Shown in pieces: positions 1-12,000 of a stretch of 64,000 nt of DNA; the stretch's first letter is position 1, and the number at the start of each line of letters is the position of its first letter. The DNA lies in contig JAUYMS010000030.1 in assembly GCA_030698625.1 (NCBI GenBank), positions 20,016 to 84,015 of the forward strand, given 5' to 3'. Both the position numbers and the translations under genes were made by a program. The stretch is from Candidatus Omnitrophota bacterium (GTDB lineage Bacteria > Omnitrophota > Omnitrophia > Omnitrophales > Aquincolibacteriaceae). The notes under the pieces are model-generated. The model was not told the origin of the DNA. It made no database searches and saw only the letters and a program-made list of their open reading frames with translations.

Positions 1-15
1 GCACGCGGCGGCATC

Positions 16-3000
16 ATGATGCGTCAGGGAAAACTCGTGCGCGTAAGTTTTACCGATCCTGTTGTTATTCACGAGTTTGTGGACTATACGGATTCCGCAA
101 TTCAAGTGAATCGCAATTTTCAAGAGCGTGTCCGCAAGCTGGGTATTTCGATGCCGTCACATCCGGAGACGGACGAATACATTTACCGCAAGGACGTCGC
201 AACCATGATCCTGAGCGGGCTCAAAGGTGTGAACATCCCCGAAACCACGCTTGTAATGGCCGATCCGGACGAGCGGCTCGCGGAGCGTATCCGGAAAACA
301 AGAGCAGCCGATCCGGCGAATCTTGAAATCATAGAAGTCAGTCCGCGCGACTGGAGCATTCACGAAAAGGTCCGCCGCATCCTCGATGATTTTCTGAAGC
401 CGCCGGGCAGGGAAGAGGCGGTGCTGAAGCCGCACCACGGCAGCGGCGGTGTCGACGTAATGATCTTTGGACGGGAGAACCTGGAACTGGCGATCAATCA
501 CGCGCTGCGTCTTCTGCGATCGGGGAAGAACCTCATCCTTCAGGAAAGGATCCGCTCACCTTTGATACGGCATGAGGGTGTGCTTAAAGACTGGACCCTG
601 CGTGATTTTATTGCGCTTACGCCGGAGGAGGGGCGGACCGTCGTCAGCGACGTCCTGATCCGTTACGACCGGGCCGGCCGGCCCGTCAATATTACGCAAT
701 TCGCCGATGTGATGACGCGCGAAGACCTTGTTCTAAGCGAGATGGACGGCGACTTTGAGTGGAACAGAGAGAGGCTTGAGACCCTCAACCATGACCTGCG
801 AGAGACCGGCGAGCACATTTATGCACCTATAGCCCGGTTGATGAGGGAAGACGGTGTCCTCGGAGAAGACGAATATCCGACAGAATTCATGAGTGCCGAC
901 CTGATGTATGACGGCGGCAAGCTCTATGTCATTGAACTGAATAATGACAAGACGGGCGGGATGGGCTGGTTGAACGATCACCTGCGGCGCCGCGCCGAAG
1001 CCGGCGACAAAGATGCGGAGGCCCGAATCGGGGCCTCGGTGCGGGACTGGACCAATTATATGGTGCATCGTGCCGGTGTTTATAAGAGCACGATCCTCGG
1101 CATGGAGGCACAAACGGTTTCCGCCGCCGAGATTTATGCCGCTCTGCCCCGCGAACACCGCGACTATCTCGATATTATCGAGTTACTCGCAGAGGTGTCC
1201 GATTTCTTATATTTGCCGGTGAAGCCTAAACTTTCAGCGGTGCGCGAATGGGACGAAAAACGATTGAATCAGATGAAGCAAGCGCTCAGCCGCCTGATCG
1301 ACGGTAATTTCCGCAAGGATAACTTGAGGGAAATGCCCGCGAAGAGTCAGGCAAGACTGCTGGATTTGACGGCAAGGCTCGGCATAAAACTTGATCCTGC
1401 GGCTGTTCGAAGCGCGCTTGCACCGTCTCATGAAAGCGCGGCTGGATGGAGAGACGACAATACCGTCGAACTGAAAAGGCGCCGGGAACTCTTCGAGGAA
1501 ATTGAAGGGGCATTGCTGCGCTCGCCCTATGCGGAAAAACTGGCCGAGACTCTTCCCGGACGCAATATCGAAAAGACGACCGAGCAGATATTGGACGCCT
1601 TCCTCCGCACGCCGCGGCATCTGTTCGTCCCCGATCGTTTGCGCGAGCGTGCCTACGAGGACAAGGCTTTTCACGTCGGACTAGGCCAATCGATCTCACA
1701 GCCCAGCCTGATGGCGTTCGTTCTGGCTGTTTTAGACATTGATGAAAACAAGAAGGTCCTTGAGGTCGGCGCGGGGACCGGATGGTTTGCAGCATGGATG
1801 GGACGTCTCGCCAAAGAAGTCTATGCCGTCGAAAGAATTGAAGCCCTTACCGAACTCGCGCGCCAAAATATTGGAAATCTCGGCATCGAAAATGTGAGCG
1901 TTATCACCGGCGATGGACACAAGGGTCTGCCGGAAGAGGCGCCCTTCGACGCGATCGTGGTTTCGGCAAGTACGCCGAAAGTGCCCGACAACCTGCTCCG
2001 TCAGCTTTCGGCCGCCGGCGGCCGTATTGTGATTCCCTTAGAGAAAGGCAATGGACAGCAGGAGCTGACCCTGATTACGCGCTATGCTGACGAATACACA
2101 TACACACCGCTCCGGGAAGTGCGCTACGTGCCGCTGCTTGACGGAAACCGTGACGATTCTACCCGGTCCGAGCTGAGGGTTACGGTCGATCACATGGCCG
2201 CCAAGCTGCAGCGCGAGATTAGCAGCCGGGGCGGCCGTAACATTCGCGTGGAAATCTCACCTTCCCTCGGGGAGTGGCTTCGCCGCGATGCCGTTTTTCC
2301 GGCCGGCCTCTTCAACGGCTATGCGAGTTTTATCGAGGCCCTGAATTTTTCTCCCGACAACAAGGTGCGTATTATTTTTGCCAGCTGGAGTGACGAGCAT
2401 TTCAATGTCAGGATCGACGGCACATGGCGTTCCATTGAAGAAATGCGGGCTTTTGTCACGGATAAAAATATTGTGGTCCTTAACCTGAGGGAGGCTATGG
2501 CCGACCCCGACGGACTGCGTGATGACGCCTATCACGAGCTGGCCCACGTCAAAACATTCGAGCGTATTTATGACGTAGTGCAAACTGACGCGACCTATTA
2601 CGTGCTTGAGACCCTGGCGGATGCACTGCCTTATGAGGCGCTGTTGTCGAAAAACAAAACGGCCGCAAGAAAACACTTTAACCGTGTGATCCTGCCGCAA
2701 ATGCGCGGCTACACAGCAAAAGAATTACGCGGCGAAATGGCGGATCTCGCTACGGGCCGCTACCGGCACGCCGAGAAGCTCATCAAATTTCTGTTCTTCA
2801 CGAAGCGCTACGGGAAGGAGAAGGACTATGAGGCCTTCTTCGAACGCCTGCGGCAGCACTACCCTAAACGGGGAGTCGTGACCCGCTTGAAGACCGGTGC
2901 CGGCAAGATGGTCGACGAAATGAATAAGGCCCTCGACGACCTTGCGCAATTTGAGAAGACTGAAAAGACGATGGTCTACGACGCAATCGGCGCTTCCCGA

Positions 3001-6000
3001 AAAACCGCCGAGGCATTTTTAAAAGCCGTCAGCGGCCGCGGGCGTTCGGAACTGCGGGAGTCAACGCACGAGGATGCGTGGTTGACGCATCCGGCGGAAA
3101 CGGACTGGACGAAGCGTACTCCTTCGCAGATCGGTCTGTTGGTGCGTCTCATGCTGCAACGCGCCGAGATTAGCATAGACCGGTTAATGCAATTGCCTGC
3201 GGAAGAAGCCGAAAGGGTTTTCAGGGCCACGCCAATTGAGCCGCTCAGTAACGGCGAACCTTATACACTGGAGCCGCTGTATCGGGCCTATGACAATCTC
3301 CGCGAAGCCGAAGGCTCAACCCTCAGCACCTTACAGTTCCTGTTTTATAGAAACAGGATTCCGTTTAAGGGGCAGGAAAGCGCGGCACGGCGTCATATCC
3401 TGGATGAACACATCAGCGGCAATGAGCGGCAGTGGTTTTCAACGATTGCGCAGGAACTCGATTTCGAAGCATGGATGCATCTCTTCGACACCGACCAGGG
3501 CCAGGCCGCGCTTTTCCTGCTCCTGGCAAAACGCTACCCCGATTTTCCGAAGACCGCCTTGCTCGCCTTGATTAGTGAAAAGTTCATGGACTACGAAGAG
3601 CGCAACGGCATCGAGCCCTTTACGCGCGAGGTCTTGATGGGCGAGAGGACGGAAAAGGCCTTGGCAGCGTACTGGTCGGGCAATATTACGACACGACTCG
3701 AACAACAGGAAATCGAAGATTTGCGTGACACGATTGCCCGGCAAATCATTATTCGCATTCACAACTCCATTTGGGACAAGGCGCATAAGGTGAAGCGCGC
3801 CAGAGGAAAATCCGCTGCGCACAAAGCTGTCGAGATAGGCCGTCAGTGGTTTTCCGCGCGGCTAAATGACAGGGAGCATCCGGTGCCGCGTGATGTGCGC
3901 ACGATCTTTACTCGAATCAGAAAACATTACGACAAGCTGAGTCAGGTCAACTATCAGCGGCATGTGAAATTCCAGAACGGTAACGGGATGTCGCAGTTGA
4001 TGCTTCACCAGGTGGAAGGCATTTACTTTGCGCGCCATCAAAATGACGGCCGTGTCATCCTCGGTGACGAAATGGGCGTCGGTAAAACGGTGCAGTCCCT
4101 CATTGCCGCTGAGGATGCGGGTGCTGAGAGTGTGCTCATCGTGGCGCCGACCCGGTTACTGGCGAACTGGGAAAAAGAGATCAGGGACTGGTTGGGCAAG
4201 GACCAGAAAATTGCGGTTATTCGCGGGAGCGGGAAGGCGAAACTGCGTCAGATCGAAGAGGCCAAAGAGGCAGGTGCGCGGTTTATTTTGATCAATTACG
4301 AGGCCATGGCCAATGTCAAAGAGAGTAGGAATGGTGACGCCGTCGTTGATGCGCTTAATGACTGGGACTTTGATTTTCTGATTGCCGACGAAGTTCATTG
4401 GGTCAAGAACCCGAGCGCGGAGCGCACCAAGGGTTTCCGCAAGCTCAACAAGAAAAAGGCGAAGGCCATGTACCTCTCGGGAACTTCGGTGGTTAACGGT
4501 GTCGGCGATCTTTTTACGGCACTTAATGCGGTAGACCCCGAGCGTTTCCCCACGTTTAAGAAGTTCGTCGGAGAATTCACCGAAGACGGAAGGCGGGCGC
4601 GCGGAACCGTCTCGGACCCGCTGAAGTTTGCGCAGCTGAACGTCGAGCTCAACCAGAAATACTTCCTGCGCCGGACGCTCGAGCAGGTCATGGGGCATTT
4701 GCCGAAAAAACATGACCTCGAAGAGATTCATATCGGGCTGGATCCCGAGCAGATCGAAGTCATGGAGGATGTGGAGGAGCATAATGATCTCCTGCGCAAA
4801 GGGGAGCTCGAAATTGATGACGACGAAGAGCTGCCCGAAAACGGTAAAAGGGGACCCAGCCGCGGTTTCGGGCCCTATGAGATTCAAAAGCAGGTCTTGA
4901 TCGACCTCGAGCTTCTGAACGGCATGGATTACAAACATTCGGATCCGCCAAAGTACCGGGCCGCGCTTCAGAAAGTGCGTGAGGTCATCGCGAAGGGTGA
5001 CAGGATTTACATCACGAGCCGGTACCGCAAAGTGATTTATCGCCTGCGTGAGTTTCTCGCCGATGCCATCGGTGCAGATGCGATCAGCTATATCGTCAGC
5101 AGCGAACACGACGGCGTGGAGCAGGACGCGATTGTCCGCGAGTTCAACGAGAACCAAAAGAAGAAGGTCTTTCTTTCCACCTATGGAATCGGCGGTGAGG
5201 GATTGACTCTCAAAGCAAACCATGTGCTCTTTGTCGATCTGCCTTATACGCCCGCAAAGATGAATCAGGTTATCGGCCGCGTTTATCGCTATGGACAGGA
5301 GAAGGAAGTTTATGTCTACGCCCTCGTGGTTCCCGATACCGTTGATGAAGATATTTTGGATATCTTGAGCCGGAAGGAATCCCTTTTCGATCAGATTATT
5401 CGCGGCAAGCTCAATGTCGAAGATACGCGGAAGATGCTCAAGCACCTGGAAGAGCAGGAAGACAGACGTTCGGGGCGGAAGTCTCAGGCCCAGAAGGCGC
5501 GGGCGCGCATTGCCGACATCTACAATCTTCTCAACGAGGGTGAAAACGAACTCGCCCAACGGGAATGGGACGACTTCATGGAACTTTACGAAGAAGCCAT
5601 TGAAGACGTCGCGGCCACGGCGGCCACCCAAGCCCTTTACTCCTACATGCTGCAGGAACATGACGGCAATCGAATCGATCTCGGTTACAAGTCAGACGAT
5701 TATGAAAACCCGCGCTGGGGCTTTCTTGCCTCGGGGCCGTCGGTCGATCTCCGTGTCCTCAGACAAATGCAGGAGCACTTTTCGGAGCGGGGGGTTGCAG
5801 TAGAAGGAATTGATTACTACGAACTCGACTCGTCCGCCAAAGCCCGTGCCCTCGGACATGCCTGGCAGGTCACGAAATCATTCCCGAATCGGCCGAGCAG
5901 TCAGCTGACTTACGACCTCTATAACGATAACCTGCCTCAAAATCAGTTCGATTTTGTGAGCTCCTCAGAAATCGCCAGGCCGCGCCCGCGAATCAAAAAC

Positions 6001-9000
6001 AAGAAAGGCATCAGCATGAAACTTTGGGCGCTCTCCCAGATGGTGCAGTCCGCCACCGCAGGCGGCCTTGTTCTTATCTGGGATCATCACGGGGCTTTTT
6101 CGAAGAAGGCCATGGATTTTCTGTCGAACGAAGAGACCTTTGATCTGGAAATTATTAACACCGAGGGTTCGGCCATAAAGATTCCCGGTCTGGATGAGGC
6201 GACGCGCAACATGGTCGACGGGGTTACCTTTATTTTGGCGCGCAAGCGCAGTCACAAAACTTTCAGCGTTGAGGACCTGAAACGCATTCAGAAAAAATGG
6301 CCCGATGGTCTGCATATCGACCGGGATCAGCAGCTGGGTAGCAGGATTGCCAAGAGACGGCCGTTGAAAATGACGGACGAGGCACCGGATGACAAACCGC
6401 GCAGGGGAGTGCTCGATGTCATTACGCCCGGCGCTCCGGCGGGCCTCATCTCTTTGGTGCAGCGAGTGATCAAGAACAAAAAGCGCACCGGGGCCGACCA
6501 AAATATGGAGGAACGCCTCATCGAAGTGTTTGAAATTCTGCGCAGCGGTTCAAGAAAACCCGAAGACGTTCGGAAGCTTCATGAGCACCTTCGCAAGATT
6601 CTCGAACGCGGTCTGGAGCCCGACGGGATCAGGATCTTGCTCAGCCGCGTCAAGCGCTACAAGCGTTATCAGAATCGCAAGGACTTGAATGCGGTGATTG
6701 CCATGCTTGAAGGCACCCTCGCCAAGGCTGATGATGAGACCGAGCCCCGTGAAAAGGGCGAAAAGGAGACGGGAGGAAAAGGCGCCGGCGCAAGTAAACG
6801 CGGCCGTCGTCCGGGGAATGAACTGCCGAAAATTATTATCAATGACGGAGACGTGCTTCAAGCCCTGTCGTTACAGGGGATCATCTTCCGTAAGAGCTCC
6901 AAGTCGATTCGCACGGGTGTTCATGTGGAAGGCGCCACGGTATGGGTGGACCCTTACCTTATCGCTTCTCGCGTGCTCTCGCCGGAAGAACGGCAGTATA
7001 TCCTGCAGCTTCTCGTCTATATGCACCTCGAGCTGGTTCACCCCGACAATCCCGCGGCCGCGCTGCTCGTGGGTCTGCGGCATTTCCGCGAGCTCCTGGA
7101 CAAGGACGAGGTTCACGCTGCGCTCCAGAAAATGGAGCCGGATAAGACGAATATCTTTTACTTCTTTTTTGACAGCCATGATCTGCCGACCTGGCAGGAA
7201 GTGGAGCAAATCATCGCGGTGGACCCGTCAAGTGTGCCGCCTTACCGTGTGCAGGATATTCTTGGGCGCTTTACTCAATTTTTGCTGAAGCACCGTAGTT
7301 CCGAACACCTGCCGCCGGAATTGCCGGATGAGGGCGCGATTCCCGCGTTGCTCGTGAAGGCTGGTGAAATCGACGGAAAGCACGGCAAGAAAATAGCCGC
7401 CGCGCGTAAGACGCAACCCAAGAAGATGCGCTCGAAGCATCGTCAGGAAGAGAGTCTGCGCATCGTGGAAAGGGTTCTGGCGGCGCATCAGATTACCATT
7501 ACCGATTGGAATGACGATGCGGCGGCCGACGTCATTCGCGAGAGAATGCTCACCGGTCCGGTAAATCACGACAGCCTGTGGCGGTACTTTCACGAACCCC
7601 TGCTTCGCGTCAACCAAGACTGGCGTGCCAGTGAGGAAGCCAAGGAACGCGTGCAGACCGTCTATCGCGCGCTATTGCCGATGCAATTTAGAGCGGTTCT
7701 CAAAGCCGGCAGTTATCGATGGGATGAATCTCGGGAAAAGTTGAATGAGGCGTGGATGAACGAGAGGGATTACCTCACGCTCGGCGAGGAGATGAAACAG
7801 CAGAACGGCGACTATGTGGAAGATGCATTCTGGAAGCGGCGGGAACAGGATCTGGGAATTAAGAACGGGATGAACGAACGGCGCTGGGCCATGTCGGCTC
7901 GTGCAGGCATTCGCAAAGGGTTCAGTGAAGAGACCAACACCGAGATTATTCGGGGATTCCGGGCCTATTTGACCAATCCGCTTTCGCTCTTCGAAGAGAA
8001 TGAGGTGATCGCCCCGTATGCGGAGATCTCCGTGAAGGTCGCCGACATTCCGGGCGCGAAAGGTTCCCGCGTCAGCATCGCGTTTGAAGATCGGGAAGTT
8101 GCTTATCTCGGCACCGGTTACAGCGAAGACAATTTGATCGGGCGCTGGTATGTCGTCCAGAAATTCCCTTCGTCCGAAGTCGAGTATCAGGATAAAGATC
8201 TAAGGGCCATCGATGATATTCTTTTGGAGCTGAAATACCATTTTGAGAAAATAGATACACTGACGCGTTCTCAGCATCGCGAGTTTGTCCCGCATTACAG
8301 CTCACCCTTCTTTGCCGACTCGGCGCGCCTTATGTCGCAGTTGGACTCCAATGAACTCGGCCTGAACCGGGACCGCTTCGGCGGAGACGCCATGAAGATT
8401 GTTAATATCTTGATACCCATTCTCAAAGGCACGGGCACCTCGGACGAAGCGAAGACAGCGGCTCGGAGGTTTTTGACCGCGGTCGCCCCAAGCATGGCGG
8501 ACGAAATCGCCGAAGGCTCAATCGACAAGACGCTCCTTAGCAGAGCAATTCTCACGGAGAGGAAAATTCAGGTTGATTACGAAGACAAATACCGGGAGGG
8601 AGGTTTTTCGGACGAGGAACAGCAGCTGGAAACGGACAAAGTCAGGCACGCATCGATTATGGCGAGGCATGTGGCCAAACTCGCACTTACCGAACAGTCG
8701 CAACAAGCCCTTATCGCCGACTTTGTCGAGAAACACGCCGGCGATTTCCCCGAAGGACTAAAAGCAGAGGACTTACGGATAGACATTGTTTGGAACCAGA
8801 CACTTCGTGATGAAGGGATTCAGGAGCGCGCGGCGGTATTCGCCTCTCATTCTAATGTTCGCATCATACGCGATGACGAAGTCCTGGCGGTTCTCGGACT
8901 TAACTTTATGCCGGGCGACATGCAGGGCCGGTGGCATCTGAGCCAGAAGTTGTACAAGAACGGTAAGTTTGAATTCCCGAGAGGTAAGTTTATCCGCACG

Positions 9001-12000
9001 GGGCAGATGGATGCGGCAGAGCGAGAGGCGGGGATTGATCTCGGCCTATTGCGGCATCAGGGAGTGGTCATCGGACGGCCGAACTATAAATCACTCGTGC
9101 TGGTCGAGAATCCGGCTAAAGAGGGGCAGGTGTTTGTCCTGCGCATGACGACGCCCGGGAGTTTGTTCGGGACGGCCGCAGATCGTGAGCCCGTTACGAA
9201 GATTGACATCGCCCAAGATGCGGTTTACAGGATGCCGGACAGTGGAGTGGTGCTTCACGTCAAAGACGGCCTGATAACCGTTAAGGCCGAAGTCAAACCG
9301 GGCGCGTGGGAAAGTTACCACTGGATTTACCACGCCGTTTTTGACGCAGACGAGTGGCCGCAAATGGACTTCCCCGAATTTAGCGGCGGCGACTTTATTG
9401 TCGACGATGAGGTCCGCGACGTGGCCCTGCAGAAAGTCGAGCGATGGTCTCAGGATACGACTTATGCCGCCATTACGGCGGCGGATGTGGCGGACGGCCC
9501 GCTTTTCTTCCGGCCGAGCGCGGAGGCGGCCTACGGCCTTGCGGCCGTCAGGAACCCTTGGCTGGATGATTCAATTCTCATTTTTCAGACAGACATCGAC
9601 GGCCGCATGATCGCGCCCAGTCCCAAACCGATCCTCGGTGTGGATCTCGACGCGAATGAGACATGGCGGAGTCCTATTAGGGGTGTCGGACGTGATGGGA
9701 AGACACTGTACTTTTGGCTGCATCCGCAAACGGGTTCGATCTACTGGGCGCATTTTGAGATCAATAACGGGGCATCGTCGGCTGAACCGCCTTCAGATGG
9801 AGACGAGATCGTACACCCTGCTTATCCTTTCAAAGAGGGGCATTTGGAGCAGGCCGCGAATGCAAGGGCCGGTATTATTCAAATCCAAGATAAGGGAGGC
9901 CGGAGCGGTGTTCGTGACGTCTATGAAATTAGCCGCGATGTCTTGGCCCATGACGGGGTCATAGTCACTTACTATTCAACCATGAATCGCTATGCCGGTG
10001 TTAGTCACCTGCATGTCATCCAGAGCCGCGAAAATCCGAATCTGGTCTATATCTACGGTCTTGACGAAAATTTCCGTTATGTGCCTCGCGACGAGCGTGA
10101 CCACTTGCATGTTCTGGATCTCAGAAACCCCGATTCGCGTACCACCGATGCTGATCGCAGGGGAAACATCACATTCAAGGTCATTAATGCGGGTAATGCC
10201 CTGAAAATTATCCGTTCTCACAGTGATATGGAAGGCCAGAGAGCGCGCGGCGAAGAGGTTTATGCCGCCAAGTTCGTGCCGGATGATGAAGGCGACGACG
10301 ATTGGAAAACGATTCAGAGCATACTAAATGCAGCGGCCGTGATAAACGGCAATGCACAGTTCCCGCATTATGATTCGCCTGTCTTCGGGGAATTTGTAAG
10401 GAAAATCCTGCACGAACTGAGTCCCGAGGAACTGGGCAGCCGTGATGGAAGCACGCACCGCAGATTCCACGAGCGCGGTAAAAACCTGATCGAGCCGTTG
10501 CTCGTGATGGCGGAGAGCACGACGGCGCCGGCTAGGGTGAGAGACACGGCGAAAAAAATGCTCATCGCGTTTGCGCCCGAGATGCGCCGTCAGATTCTTG
10601 CGGGTAATATCGACCGCCAGCAGCTCATGCGTGAGCTCATCGGCGAAAAAACAGAATATGTCGGACTCGAAAGAAATCTACAGGCCGAAGGATCCACAAG
10701 GGAAAAGCAGGCCCTCGAAAACATGCGGTTACCCAATGCGAGGTTCGCCTCGATTCTCGCGCGATACAATTCCGCCCTTAAGCTCGACGCAAAGGCCCGC
10801 GACTTACTCCTCGACGACTTTATGGAAAAACACGGACAAGGTCTTGACCGAGAAACTCTGAGGGTCGAGGTCGCACAGGAGCAGGAAATAGAAGATTACA
10901 CATCCGGCGGCGGCTTTCTCGACCATGTAAGCGATTTGGTTTCACGCATCCGCATCATTGACGGCGAGGAGCCGCTCGCCGAACTTGGTGTCATGTACAG
11001 CGAAGACGATATGCAGGGTGAGTGGCGCTTGCTGAAGGATGCCGGCCGGGAAAGTGTCCCGACTGGCAGCTACTTATTTCCCGAAGGCGAATTCAAAAAA
11101 AATAAGTTGATGCCCAAGAATGCGACGGAGATCAATCCCGAGGACTGGAATGACGGCGCGATTGTCTTCCAACAGTTGGGAAGCGCCTATGCTCCCTCGC
11201 CGATTGCTCTCGTGCCTTCCTTCGTAGATCCGAATAAGATTCTCGTCCTTCCCGTTACGAGCCATTTCAGGACATTTAAAGAAACAGCACTCAGAGAACC
11301 GCTCGGCGTGCTGGACCTGAGCAACCCTTCGGAGGACTACCTTAAGGTTTCGTTCTGGCCCGATCGCCAGGACCTTCAGGGGAGGGAAACCCTGCTGCGC
11401 GTCATTGACGGCGGTAAGGTGGAAGTCGTGCAGTTAAACGGCGAAGCGGTCCCCACGATGTCCCGTGCGGCCTTCGGCGCGGATGATTGGACGCAGGTGC
11501 CCATGGCCGAAGTGGTGGGCGGCACGTTCAAACGCGGTCCAAAATTGCAGTCGAAGGACCCCAGGAAATTTGCTTATTTGGCCCGTAAGAAGTTTGAGAA
11601 CGGGCGGTCCCTGATGATTCGTGAGCCGGAGGATACCTATCTCGTGGCAGGTCAGAATCCTTGGGATGCAAAGTCGGTCATCGTTTTCCGTACGGATGCG
11701 GAAGGCCACATGCTCGACGAAATGGACGGCCGGCCGATTCTGGCCTTTTCTACGATCAAGGCAGGCGTTCACCAAGTCGGAGACATCCATTTTCAGTTTG
11801 ATGACTTCGTGGTTGATGGTCTCATGGCAATGCGGAAGGGCGAAGGCGAAGACGAAGAAACAGCGGCCTATGAAGCGACTTTTGTTCCCGGCCCGGAACC
11901 GTATCCTTTCTTAGGCGGAAATTTCGCACCCAAAGCAGGTCAAGAACTCGAAGGGATTGAAATTACCGGCGGCGGCATCACGGAAGAATATGAGATCAGC

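Noticed and set aside
4156-5661. 501-aa antisense ORF (also 25534-26826, 23647-24267 and others inside the giant gene)
   Set aside because: These are shadows of the coding strand's codon bias. They have no motifs and lie opposite clear SNF2, TPR and other domains.
5975-6815. K/R-rich patches as eukaryotic nuclear localisation signals
   Set aside because: Basic linkers are common beside DNA-acting domains, and nothing in the window indicates a eukaryotic host.
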